Shown one piece after another: positions 14,856 to 24,759 of a stretch of 64,000 nt of DNA (the stretch's first letter is position 1; the number at the start of each line of letters is the position of its first letter). The position numbers and the translations under genes were made by a program. The stretch lies in assembly GCF_003334785.1 (NCBI RefSeq), contig NZ_QOWV01000003.1; one strand, written 5' to 3'. The notes beneath the pieces are model-generated. The model did not search any database. It worked only from the letters and a program-made list of their open reading frames with translations, and was not told where the DNA came from. This stretch comes from Escherichia coli (lineage in GTDB: Bacteria > Pseudomonadota > Gammaproteobacteria > Enterobacterales > Enterobacteriaceae).

Positions 14856-16487
14856 GTGTTAACGCTGCTTCACCTGCTTTCTGCCGTCGCCCTGCTGGTC
14901 TGGGGGACTCATATTGTTCGAACCGGCGTAATGCGCGTCTTCGGCGCGCGTTTGCGTACTGTCCTTAGCCGGAGCGTCGAAAAAAAGCCGCTCGCCTTTT
15001 GCGCGGGGATCGGCGTTACCGCACTGGTACAGAGCAGTAATGCCACCACCATGCTGGTGACCTCGTTTGTCGCTCAGGATCTGGTAGCCCTCGCACCGGC
15101 TCTGGTCATTGTGCTGGGTGCAGATGTCGGGACGGCGCTAATGGCGCGTATTCTCACCTTCGACTTATCCTGGCTGTCACCGTTACTTATTTTTATCGGC
15201 GTGATTTTTTTCCTCGGACGCAAACAGTCACGCGCCGGGCAACTGGGCCGCGTCGGTATTGGTCTTGGGCTGATTTTGCTAGCGCTGGAGTTGATTGTGC
15301 AGGCCGTAACGCCGATCACCCAGGCAAACGGCGTTCAGGTGATCTTTGCCTCGCTGACCGGCGATATTCTGCTGGATGCGCTGATTGGCGCGATGTTCGC
15401 CATTATCAGCTACTCCAGCCTTGCTGCTGTACTGCTGACCGCGACTCTGACCGCCGCAGGCATTATCTCCTTCCCCGTGGCGCTCTGTCTGGTGATTGGT
15501 GCTAACCTCGGTTCCGGTCTGCTGGCAATGCTCAACAACAGTGCCGCCAATGCCGCAGCCCGCCGTGTCGCGCTGGGTAGTCTGCTGTTTAAGCTGGTGG
15601 GTAGCCTGATTATCCTGCCGTTTGTCCATTTGCTGGCAGAGACAATGGGGAAGTTGTCATTGCCAAAAGCGGAACTGGTGATCTATTTCCACGTCTTCTA
15701 CAACCTTGTACGTTGCCTGGTCATGCTGCCATTTGTTGACCCGATGGCACGGTTTTGCAAAACGATTATTCGCGATGAACCGGAACTGGATACCCAGCTA
15801 CGGCCTAAACATCTGGATGTCAGCGCGCTGGATACGCCCACGCTTGCTCTGGCGAACGCCGCGCGCGAAACCCTGCGCATTGGCGACGCCATGGAACAGA
15901 TGATGGAAGGGTTGAATAAAGTGATGCACGGTGAGCCACGGCAGGAGAAAGAGCTGCGTAAGCTGGCAGATGATATCAACGTTCTCTACACCGCCATTAA
16001 GCTGTATCTGGCGCGGATGCCAAAAGAAGAGCTGGCGGAGGAAGAGTCGCGCCGCTGGGCAGAGATCATCGAAATGTCGCTCAACCTTGAACAGGCCTCC
16101 GATATCGTCGAGCGCATGGGCAGCGAAATTGCTGACAAATCACTGGCAGCACGGCGGGCATTTTCGCTTGATGGGTTGAAGGAACTGGATGCGCTCTATG
16201 AGCAATTGCTCAGTAATTTAAAGCTGGCAATGTCGGTGTTCTTCTCTGGCGATGTCACCAGCGCTCGTCGTTTGCGTCGCAGCAAACATCGTTTTCGCAT
16301 TCTTAATCGCCGCTATTCCCACGCCCACGTCGATCGCCTGCATCAGCAAAACGTGCAGAGCATTGAAACCAGTTCGCTACATTTAGGCTTACTGGGAGAT
16401 ATGCAGCGCCTGAACTCGCTGTTTTGTTCGGTGGCTTACAGTGTGCTGGAACAGCCGGATGAAGATGAAGGACGGGACGAGTATTAA
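14856..16487 (+). CDS. yjbB: putative Na+/phosphate symporter-family inner membrane protein YjbB (543 aa)
   Basis: Full ORF with multiple hydrophobic segments plus C-terminal PhoU-like coiled region; recognised as YjbB. Confidence 0.93.
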   Translation: MLTLLHLLSAVALLVWGTHIVRTGVMRVFGARLRTVLSRSVEKKPLAFCAGIGVTALVQSSNATTMLVTSFVAQDLVALAPALVIVLGADVGTALMARILTFDLSWLSPLLIFIGVIFFLGRKQSRAGQLGRVGIGLGLILLALELIVQAVTPITQANGVQVIFASLTGDILLDALIGAMFAIISYSSLAAVLLTATLTAAGIISFPVALCLVIGANLGSGLLAMLNNSAANAAARRVALGSLLFKLVGSLIILPFVHLLAETMGKLSLPKAELVIYFHVFYNLVRCLVMLPFVDPMARFCKTIIRDEPELDTQLRPKHLDVSALDTPTLALANAARETLRIGDAMEQMMEGLNKVMHGEPRQEKELRKLADDINVLYTAIKLYLARMPKEELAEEESRRWAEIIEMSLNLEQASDIVERMGSEIADKSLAARRAFSLDGLKELDALYEQLLSNLKLAMSVFFSGDVTSARRLRRSKHRFRILNRRYSHAHVDRLHQQNVQSIETSSLHLGLLGDMQRLNSLFCSVAYSVLEQPDEDEGRDEY

Positions 16488-16497
16488 TATTGTGAAT

Positions 16498-16573
16498 CCT
16501 GTAGGCCTGATAAGACGCGTCAAGCGTCGCATCAGGCACTATGAACAAGATGCCGGATCATGCATCCGGCAAT
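16498..16573. repeat. REP element (yjbB-pepE spacer)
   Basis: Palindromic units GTAGGCCTGATAAGACGCG...CGTCGCATCAGGC and GCCGGATCATGCATCCGGC. Confidence 0.85.
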
Positions 16574-16577
16574 TCAC

Positions 16578-17267
16578 TTAAAAACGGTGACCAGCTTCCA
16601 GCGGAACCGCTTCTTCACCAGCCTTAAACACATAAGTGGTGTTCGGGCCACCCAGCGTAGCGTGACCTTTACTCACTGTGATCCAGTTACCTTCCGGTAG
16701 ACCAATAATCGTCAGTTCTGGCGCGACGACCAGCAGTTCGCGAATACGCTGCTCACGGGTTTCACCTTTATGGCCTTCCGGCAGCGCGTTGGTGAAGTGC
16801 GGGTTGATTTGCAGCGGGAACAGATTTAGCGCATCGAAACCTTGCGGATCGACAATCGGCATATCGTTGGTGGTACGAATAGTTGGGCAAGCAAGGTTAG
16901 CGCCTGCGCTCCAGCCAATATACAGAGCGCCACGTTTAACCACGTCAGTAATTGGTGCCAGCAGCCCGCGCTCGCGGCACTGTTTCAGCAACTGGAAAGT
17001 ATTCCCGCCGCCGACAATCACGATCTCAGCATTTTCAATCGCGGCAACGGGATCGACAACGCTATGAATACCGGTGACAGAAACACCCAGCGGAGCGAGA
17101 ACCGCAGCCGTTTTCGCTGTGTAATCATCCCAGGTCTGCGTTACGCCAGCGAAAGGGATAAACACCGCTGAGCGGCGACCCTGCAACTGTTCAGCAATTA
17201 GCGGCAGTGCATGTTCCAGCCAGGCTTTACCCGGCAGCGTCGAGTTACTCAATAAAAGCAGTTCCAT
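16578..17267 (-). CDS. pepE: peptidase E, alpha-aspartyl dipeptidase (229 aa)
   Basis: Full [32 protein letters not shown]... recognised as PepE. Confidence 0.96.
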
Positions 17268-17478
17268 TACTTCTCCGGTTAGTAAGAAATCACGGGAGGC
17301 ATGCTACCACTGCGAATTTAACCACTTACTGACATGGCTCACGATGTCGCACATTGCTTCTGGAAAGTGATTTGAGCAGGTAACGAATTCAAGCCAATGG
17401 AAATAACAAATAGTTCGCTCATGACTATTTTTTATCAACCCAAAGGTACGGTATATTCCGTTTTTTACAGGAGAATTT

Positions 17479-18351
17479 ATGCTGCCCGACTCATCAGTCC
17501 GTTTAAATAAATACATCAGCGAAAGCGGAATTTGCTCACGCCGCGAAGCGGATCGCTATATCGAGCAAGGCAATGTGTTCCTTAATGGCAAGCGAGCCAC
17601 CATTGGCGATCAGGTGAAACCCGGCGACGTTGTGAAAGTAAACGGTCAGTTGATTGAACCTCGGGAAGCCGAAGATTTGGTACTTATCGCCCTGAACAAG
17701 CCCGTTGGTATTGTAAGCACCACCGAAGATGGCGAGCGCGATAACATTGTCGATTTCGTTAACCACAGCAAACGCGTGTTCCCGATTGGCCGCCTGGATA
17801 AAGACTCCCAGGGGCTGATTTTCCTCACCAATCACGGCGATCTGGTGAATAAGATCCTGCGTGCTGGCAATGATCATGAGAAAGAGTATCTGGTGACGGT
17901 CGATAAACCGATTACCGAGGAGTTTATTCGCGGCATGAGTGCGGGGGTGCCAATCCTCGGGACAGTGACCAAAAAGTGCAAAGTTAAAAAAGAAGCGCCG
18001 TTTGTCTTCCGCATTACCCTGGTGCAGGGGCTGAACCGTCAGATCCGGCGCATGTGCGAGCATTTCGGCTATGAAGTGAAAAAGCTGGAACGCACGCGCA
18101 TCATGAACGTTAGCTTAAGCGGCATTCCGCTGGGGGAATGGCGCGATTTAACCGACGATGAGTTAATCGACCTCTTTAAGCTCATTGAAAATTCCTCTTC
18201 CGAGGTAAAACCTAAAGCGAAGGCCAAACCGAAAACAGCGGGCATCAAACGTCCAGTCGTTAAGATGGAAAAAACGGCGGAAAAAGGCGGTCGCCCGGCG
18301 TCCAACGGTAAGCGTTTTACCTCGCCGGGGCGTAAAAAGAAGGGGCGCTGA
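17479..18351 (+). CDS. rluF: 23S rRNA pseudouridine synthase RluF (290 aa)
   Basis: Full ORF with S4-like N-terminus and RsuA-family catalytic motif ([12 protein letters not shown]); recognised as RluF/YjbC. Confidence 0.95.
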
Positions 18352-18483
18352 TTAACGCCTCAGACTGATGAAAACGGCCCAAAAGTGCCCGGACAGTCCC
18401 CTCGCCCCTTCGGGAAAAGGGTTAGGGTGAGGGGAAAATTGTGTTCACACTGACGAGTGAAAATCTCAGGCGTTGATTGTGGA

Positions 18484-18756
18484 TTAGCGCCTGCCGCGCG
18501 TCGACGTATTTGCTGACCAGCTAAATGACGCTTCAGGATCCGGTTTATAAGCCTGCTTTTTCTTCAACTGGCGGGCTTTTTTCGCTTCAGCCTCACGCTC
18601 AACCATTAATTTATCGATGTAATCTTTCTTAATGCTGTTGGTTTCGGAGTTGGTCAATACGCGACCATGCGCAATCCGCGCCCGATCCAGCAGTGTTTTA
18701 AGTTCACGCTGCTCGCGTTCAGTCATCTCTTTTTGGGTAATACGGGGGAGTGCCAT
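18484..18756 (-). CDS. yjbD: uncharacterised protein YjbD (90 aa)
   Basis: Full ORF MALPRITQKEMTEREQRELKTLLDRARIAHGRVL... recognised as YjbD. Confidence 0.88.
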   Translation of the reverse strand: MALPRITQKEMTEREQRELKTLLDRARIAHGRVLTNSETNSIKKDYIDKLMVEREAEAKKARQLKKKQAYKPDPEASFSWSANTSTRGRR

Positions 18757-19008
18757 GATGGTGCCCTCAGTGAGCCAGAGAGTTCAGTGTACGGGAATTC
18801 GTTTGCGAGCAGAACTGATAATATTCATTTTGCCTTCTCTTAACTATTTATCTCTTTCGATAATTAATTAGAGATGCAGATAAAAAAATTAAAGGCAATT
18901 ATTCTCCGATAAAGACGCTGGTTAACAGAGTACAGGCTCGTTTATTGATGAGCATAGTGACAAGAAAATCAATACGGCCCGAAATATAGCTTCCAGGCCA
19001 TACAGTAT

Positions 19009-20358
19009 TTACTCAAACAAATTACTATGCAGTTTTTGCACCACCTGCTCGGCATCTTCGCCGGGCACCAGGAAGCACAGGTTATGGCTGGATGCGCCAT
19101 AACAAATCATGCGAATGTTGAACGGTTCCAGTACGCCGAATACCTCTTTGCCAACGCCGCAGGCTTTTGACAGGTCATTGCCAATCAACGCGACCAGCGC
19201 CAGACCTTCTTCCACCTCCACCCGACACAGTGCGGAAAGCTCCATCAGCAGAGATTGCGTCAGCAACGTATCGCCAGTGGAGGTTGAACCGGTGGTATCA
19301 AGGGTTAATGCCACGCTCACTTCTGACGTGGTGATTAAGTCTACCGAAATATTATGCCGCGCGAGGATGCCGAAAACTTCCGCGAGGAAACCGCGAGAAT
19401 GCAGCATATTCAGGCTGTGCAAAGTGAGCAGAGTCTGATTGCGACGAAGCGCCAGAGCGCGGAACAGCGGCGGATTTTCAGTTTTATTGCACACCATCGT
19501 ACCACCTGCGCGTGGGTCTTTGCTGGAGCCGACAAAGACCGGGATATCGCTGCGTACTGCGGGTAGCAACGTTGCCGGATGCAGTACTTTTGCACCAAAA
19601 GTTGCCATCTCTGCCGCTTCGGCAAACGCGATTTCATCAATGCGTTTTGCTGCGGAAACTACGCGTGGATCGGTGGTGTAGATGCCCGGGACGTCGGTCC
19701 AGATATCAACACGAGATGCGTGTAAAGCCTCCGCCAGCAAGGCTGCCGTATAATCGCTGCCTCCACGGCCAAGCGTCGTTGTACGACCTTTATTTTCGCT
19801 ACCGATAAATCCCTGGGTGATCACTAAGCCTTCATTGAGACGTGGGAGCAGCTGCAGCGCGGCCAGTTCCGCCAGCGCGGCTATATCTGGCTCTGCACGA
19901 CCAAATCGGTCGTTGGTACGCATCACTTTACGTACATCAAACCACTGTGCCTGAACATCGCGTTCGCGCAGGATCTCAACAAACAGCAGGGTCGACATCA
20001 GCTCGCCGTGGCTGACCAGCTCATCTGTCAGCGCCGGAGACGTTGCCAGCGCCGCCGCTTCTGCCAGAACAGTAATGTTCTCCAGCAGACGTTCAATCTC
20101 TTCACGGATAACGTTCGGGTAACGCAGACGTTCCAGAATGGCAAACTGGATGTTGCGGATAGCGTCGAGTTTTTCGAATCGCTCGCCAGGTTCCAGTCCT
20201 TCAGCTAAAGCGACCAGCAGATTAGTGATACCAGCAGAAGCCGAGAGGACAACTAAACGCACGTTGGCATCAGAAAGCACAATATCAGCGCTGCGGTTCA
20301 TGGCGTCAAAATCAGCTACGCTGGTACCGCCAAATTTGGAGACAACAATTTCAGACAT
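19009..20358 (-). CDS. lysC: lysine-sensitive aspartokinase III (449 aa)
   Basis: Full ORF MSEIVVSKFGGTSVADFDAMNRSADIVL... with C-terminal ACT domains; recognised as LysC. Confidence 0.97.
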   Translation of the reverse strand: MSEIVVSKFGGTSVADFDAMNRSADIVLSDANVRLVVLSASAGITNLLVALAEGLEPGERFEKLDAIRNIQFAILERLRYPNVIREEIERLLENITVLAEAAALATSPALTDELVSHGELMSTLLFVEILRERDVQAQWFDVRKVMRTNDRFGRAEPDIAALAELAALQLLPRLNEGLVITQGFIGSENKGRTTTLGRGGSDYTAALLAEALHASRVDIWTDVPGIYTTDPRVVSAAKRIDEIAFAEAAEMATFGAKVLHPATLLPAVRSDIPVFVGSSKDPRAGGTMVCNKTENPPLFRALALRRNQTLLTLHSLNMLHSRGFLAEVFGILARHNISVDLITTSEVSVALTLDTTGSTSTGDTLLTQSLLMELSALCRVEVEEGLALVALIGNDLSKACGVGKEVFGVLEPFNIRMICYGASSHNLCFLVPGEDAEQVVQKLHSNLFE

Positions 20359-20394
20359 AACTACCTCGTGTCAGGGGATCCATTTTCAGCCTTG

Positions 20395-20660
20395 GCACAA
20401 GGGAAGAGCGGAAGACGGGTGGGCGCAGAGCGATACTTCGCTACTATTTTCACCCAGAAGTGCTCCACCACTTGCGAAACGCCCGACTGCGAACGCTTCT
20501 GGTGACAACCCAGGGGATTCAGCCCCTGTAGCCGATGATGAACGTGGCCAGCCGTTCAATCACCTCGGCGATGCACCCCCTCAGGTGTTATCACAGGACT
20601 GGCTCCTCCAACACCGTTACTTGGGCAACGCGCCTCTTCTGGCCTGCGCTAGCGCAGGTA
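20395..20660 (-). promoter_or_regulatory. lysC leader containing the lysine riboswitch
   Basis: Long structured untranslated leader upstream of lysC; minus-strand reading contains ...AGAGGCGCGTTGCCCAAGTAACGGTGTTGGAGGAGCCAGTCCTGTGATAACACCTGAGGGGGTGCATCGCCGAGGTGATTGAACGGCTGGCCACG... which I recognise as the E. coli lysC lysine-sensing leader; bounds approximate. Confidence 0.8.
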
Positions 20661-20882
20661 GTACATTTATAAATAAAGGGTGAGCGGGGCGGTTGTCAAC
20701 GATGGGGTCATGCGGATTTTTCATCCACTCCTGGCGGTCAGTAGTTCAGCTAATAAATGCTTCACTGCGCTAAGGGTTTACACTCAACATTACGCTAACG
20801 GCACTAAAACCATCACATTTTTCTGTGACTGGCGCTACAATCTTCCAAAGTCACAATTCTCAAAATCAGAAGAGTATTGCTA

Positions 20883-22532
20883 ATGAAAAACATCAATCCA
20901 ACGCAGACCGCTGCCTGGCAGGCACTACAGAAACACTTCGATGAAATGAAAGACGTTACGATCGCCGATCTTTTTGCTAAAGACGGCGATCGTTTTTCTA
21001 AGTTCTCCGCAACCTTCGACGATCAGATGCTGGTGGATTACTCCAAAAACCGCATCACTGAAGAGACGCTGGCGAAATTACAGGATCTGGCGAAAGAGTG
21101 CGATCTGGCGGGCGCGATTAAGTCGATGTTCTCTGGCGAGAAGATCAACCGCACTGAAAACCGCGCCGTGCTGCACGTAGCGCTGCGTAACCGTAGCAAT
21201 ACCCCGATTTTGGTTGATGGCAAAGACGTAATGCCGGAAGTCAACGCGGTGCTGGAGAAGATGAAAACCTTCTCAGAAGCGATTATTTCCGGTGAGTGGA
21301 AAGGTTATACCGGCAAAGCAATCACTGACGTAGTGAACATCGGGATCGGCGGTTCTGACCTCGGCCCATACATGGTGACCGAAGCTCTGCGTCCGTACAA
21401 AAACCACCTGAACATGCACTTTGTTTCTAACGTCGATGGGACTCACATCGCGGAAGTGCTGAAAAAAGTAAACCCGGAAACCACGCTGTTCCTGGTAGCA
21501 TCTAAAACCTTCACCACTCAGGAAACTATGACCAACGCCCATAGCGCGCGTGACTGGTTCCTGAAAGCGGCAGGTGATGAAAAACACGTTGCAAAACACT
21601 TTGCGGCGCTTTCCACCAATGCCAAAGCCGTTGGCGAGTTTGGTATTGATACTGCCAACATGTTCGAGTTCTGGGACTGGGTTGGCGGCCGTTACTCTTT
21701 GTGGTCAGCGATTGGCCTGTCGATTGTTCTCTCCATCGGCTTTGATAACTTCGTTGAACTGCTTTCCGGCGCACACGCGATGGACAAGCATTTCTCCACC
21801 ACGCCTGCCGAGAAAAACCTGCCTGTACTGCTGGCGCTGATTGGCATCTGGTACAACAATTTCTTTGGTGCGGAAACTGAAGCGATTCTGCCGTATGACC
21901 AGTATATGCACCGTTTCGCGGCGTACTTCCAGCAGGGCAATATGGAGTCCAACGGTAAGTATGTTGACCGTAACGGTAACGTTGTGGATTACCAGACTGG
22001 CCCGATTATCTGGGGTGAACCAGGCACTAACGGTCAGCACGCGTTCTACCAGCTGATCCACCAGGGAACCAAAATGGTACCGTGCGATTTCATCGCTCCG
22101 GCTATCACCCATAACCCGCTCTCTGATCATCACCAGAAACTGCTGTCTAACTTCTTCGCCCAGACCGAAGCGCTGGCGTTTGGTAAATCCCGCGAAGTGG
22201 TTGAGCAGGAATATCGTGATCAGGGTAAAGATCCGGCAACGCTTGACTACGTGGTGCCGTTCAAAGTATTCGAAGGTAACCGCCCGACCAACTCCATCCT
22301 GCTGCGTGAAATCACTCCGTTCAGCCTAGGTGCGTTGATTGCGCTGTATGAGCACAAAATCTTTACTCAGGGCGTGATCCTGAACATCTTCACCTTCGAC
22401 CAGTGGGGCGTGGAACTGGGTAAACAGCTGGCGAACCGTATTCTGCCAGAGCTGAAAGATGATAAAGAAATCAGCAGCCACGATAGCTCGACCAATGGTC
22501 TGATTAACCGCTATAAAGCGTGGCGCGGTTAA
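20883..22532 (+). CDS. pgi: glucose-6-phosphate isomerase (549 aa)
   Basis: ORF 20877..22532 trimmed to ATG 20883; product [26 protein letters not shown]... recognised as Pgi. Confidence 0.97.
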
Positions 22533-22545
22533 TCATCGTCGATAT

Positions 22546-22626
22546 GTAGGCCGGATAAGGCGTTCACGCCGCATCCGGCAACCGATGCCTGATGCGACGC
22601 GGTCGCGTCTTATCAGGCCTACAGGT
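22546..22626. repeat. REP element downstream of pgi
   Basis: GTAGGCCGGATAAGGCGTTCACGCCGCATCCGGCA...GCCTGATGCGACGCGGTCGCGTCTTATCAGGCCTACAGG. Confidence 0.9.
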
Positions 22627-22695
22627 CGATGCCGATATGTACATCGTATTCGGCAATTAATACATAGCACGATTGATTAAATAACCTTAATAACA

Positions 22696-22723
22696 ATGCC
22701 GACGTTATGTCGGCATTTTTTTA
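22696..22723 (+). terminator. pgi intrinsic terminator
   Basis: Hairpin ATGCCGAC-GTTAT-GTCGGCAT followed by TTTTTTT. Confidence 0.85.
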
Positions 22724-23030
22724 TCAGATAAATCCCCTTGTCTGTGATTTAACGGAAATCATACCATGAGGTTAATCCTAAAATAGATTTTTAATCGTTG
22801 TTTATTTCGGAAAATACGCAGATTAATTGCTTTTGTTTTTATTTTAAGTTTATGATTTTTATTGTTATTTAAATATAAGTTGAAACTTATATTTGATATT
22901 CATTCCAATTATCCTAAAACGCCATCGCTAATTCCCCGCGCCGTAATTCGCATGCTTTAGTTGTGTATACTCGATCCCGCCCGAAATGTTTTTGGGTAAA
23001 TCTCCATTCATTCAATGAAGGGAAATTGTT

Positions 23031-23273
23031 ATGAAAAAAGTTCTGTATGGCATTTTTGCCATATCTGCGCTTGCGGCGACTTCTGCGTGGGCTGCACCTG
23101 TACAGGTGGGCGAAGCGGCAGGGTCGGCAGCAACGTCGGTTTCGGCGGGGAGTTCCTCCGCGACCAGCGTCAGCACCGTAAGCTCGGCGGTGGGTGTCGC
23201 GCTTGCGGCAACCGGTGGCGGTGATGGTTCTAATACCGGGACCACCACAACCACGACCACCAGTACCCAGTAA
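23031..23273 (+). CDS. yjbE: small secreted Ser/Thr/Gly-rich protein YjbE (80 aa), first gene of yjbEFGH
   Basis: Signal-peptide-like N-terminus [21 protein letters not shown] followed by low-complexity A/S/G/T-rich sequence ending [10 protein letters not shown]. Confidence 0.9.
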
Positions 23274-23386
23274 TAAAGTATGTATCCCCAAAATAATTCG
23301 AGTCATTGCATCTGTGGCTAGAAGTATGAAGGGATTAACCATAACCACACTCCGGTGTGGTTATTCTGCCCCTCTGGAGAAGAGTC

Positions 23387-24025
23387 GTGAAGCGACCTGC
23401 ACTCATTCTTATCTGCCTGTTATTACAGGCCTGTTCAGCCACGACTAAAGAGCTGGGCAATTCACTGTGGGACAGTCTGTTCGGCACGCCAGGCGTACAG
23501 CTGACGGATGATGATATTCAAAATATGCCCTACGCCAGCCAGTACATGCAGCTTAATGGCGGGCCGCAGTTATTTGTGGTGCTGGCCTTCGCTGAAGACG
23601 GACAACAAAAATGGGTCACTCAGGATCAGGCTACTCTCGTTACCCAACATGGCCGTCTGGTGAAGACTCTGCTCGGCGGCGACAACCTGATTGAAGTGAA
23701 TAACCTTGCTGCCGACCCGCTGATTAAACCCGCACAAATCGTTGATGGCGCAAGCTGGACGCGCACGATGGGCTGGACCGAGTACCAGCAGGTACGCTAC
23801 GCCACCGCACGCTCAGTCTTCAAATGGGATGGCACCGATACCGTCAAAGTCGGCAGCGATGAAACCCCGGTTCGCGTGCTGGACGAAGAAGTCTCCACCG
23901 ACCAGGCGCGCTGGCATAACCGCTATTGGATCGACAGCGAAGGGCAAATTCGCCAGTCGGAACAGTATCTCGGCGCGGATTATTTTCCGGTGAAAACCAC
24001 TCTCATCAAGGCGGCAAAACAATGA
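23387..24025 (+). CDS. yjbF: lipoprotein YjbF (212 aa)
   Basis: ORF 23357..24025; start set at GTG 23387 after GGAGA, giving MKRPALILICLLLQACSATT (lipobox LLQAC). Confidence 0.88.
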   Translation: MKRPALILICLLLQACSATTKELGNSLWDSLFGTPGVQLTDDDIQNMPYASQYMQLNGGPQLFVVLAFAEDGQQKWVTQDQATLVTQHGRLVKTLLGGDNLIEVNNLAADPLIKPAQIVDGASWTRTMGWTEYQQVRYATARSVFKWDGTDTVKVGSDETPVRVLDEEVSTDQARWHNRYWIDSEGQIRQSEQYLGADYFPVKTTLIKAAKQ

Positions 24026-24759
24026 TTAAACAAACTATTGTCGCGTTGCTTTTGAGTGTGGGAGCGTCATCGGTCTTCGCGGCAGGAACCGTCAAGGTGT
24101 TCAGCAATGGCAGCAGTGAGGCCAAAACGCTAACGGGCGCAGAGCATTTAATCGATCTGGTAGGCCAACCGCGGCTGGCAAACAGCTGGTGGCCCGGTGC
24201 GGTGATTAGCGAAGAGCTGGCAACGGCGGCAGCATTGCGTCAGCAGCAGGCGTTGCTGACACGGCTGGCAGAACAGGGCGCAGATTCCAGCGCCGACGAT
24301 GCCGCTGCGATTAACGCCTTACGCCAGCAAATTCAGGCGTTGAAAGTGACGGGCAGGCAAAAAATCAATCTTGATCCCGATATCGTCCGCGTTGCCGAAC
24401 GCGGTAACCCGCCGTTGCAGGGCAACTACACGCTGTGGGTCGGACCACCGCCGTCCACGGTCACGTTGTTCGGGCTTATCAGCCGTCCTGGCAAGCAGCC
24501 ATTCACTCCAGGTCGCGACGTGGCGAGCTATCTCTCTGACCAGAGCCTGCTCAGCGGTGCGGATCGCAGCTACGCGTGGGTGGTTTACCCGGACGGACGC
24601 ACGCAAAAAGCGCCGGTGGCTTACTGGAACAAGCGTCACGTAGAGCCGATGCCCGGCAGCATTATTTATGTTGGCCTCGCGGACTCCGTCTGGAGTGAGA
24701 CGCCTGATGCCCTTAACGCCGACATTCTTCAGACTCTGACGCAGCGGATACCTCAATAA
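24022..24759 (+). CDS. yjbG: periplasmic protein YjbG (245 aa)
   Basis: ORF 23926..24759 trimmed to ATG 24022 ([20 protein letters not shown] signal peptide); ATGA overlap with yjbF stop. Confidence 0.9.
   Translation: MIKQTIVALLLSVGASSVFAAGTVKVFSNGSSEAKTLTGAEHLIDLVGQPRLANSWWPGAVISEELATAAALRQQQALLTRLAEQGADSSADDAAAINALRQQIQALKVTGRQKINLDPDIVRVAERGNPPLQGNYTLWVGPPPSTVTLFGLISRPGKQPFTPGRDVASYLSDQSLLSGADRSYAWVVYPDGRTQKAPVAYWNKRHVEPMPGSIIYVGLADSVWSETPDALNADILQTLTQRIPQ

Noticed and set aside
18400-18445. G/C-tract-rich sequence after rluF (CCCCTCGCCCCTTCGGGAAAAGGGTTAGGGTGAGGGG) as a terminator
   Set aside because: Pairing is imperfect and no clean U-tract follows; left unannotated.
23012-23260. 82-aa minus-strand ORF overlapping yjbE
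   Set aside because: It is the mirror image of the low-complexity A/S/G/T-rich yjbE coding sequence; yjbE has a signal peptide and ribosome-binding site and is the coding strand.
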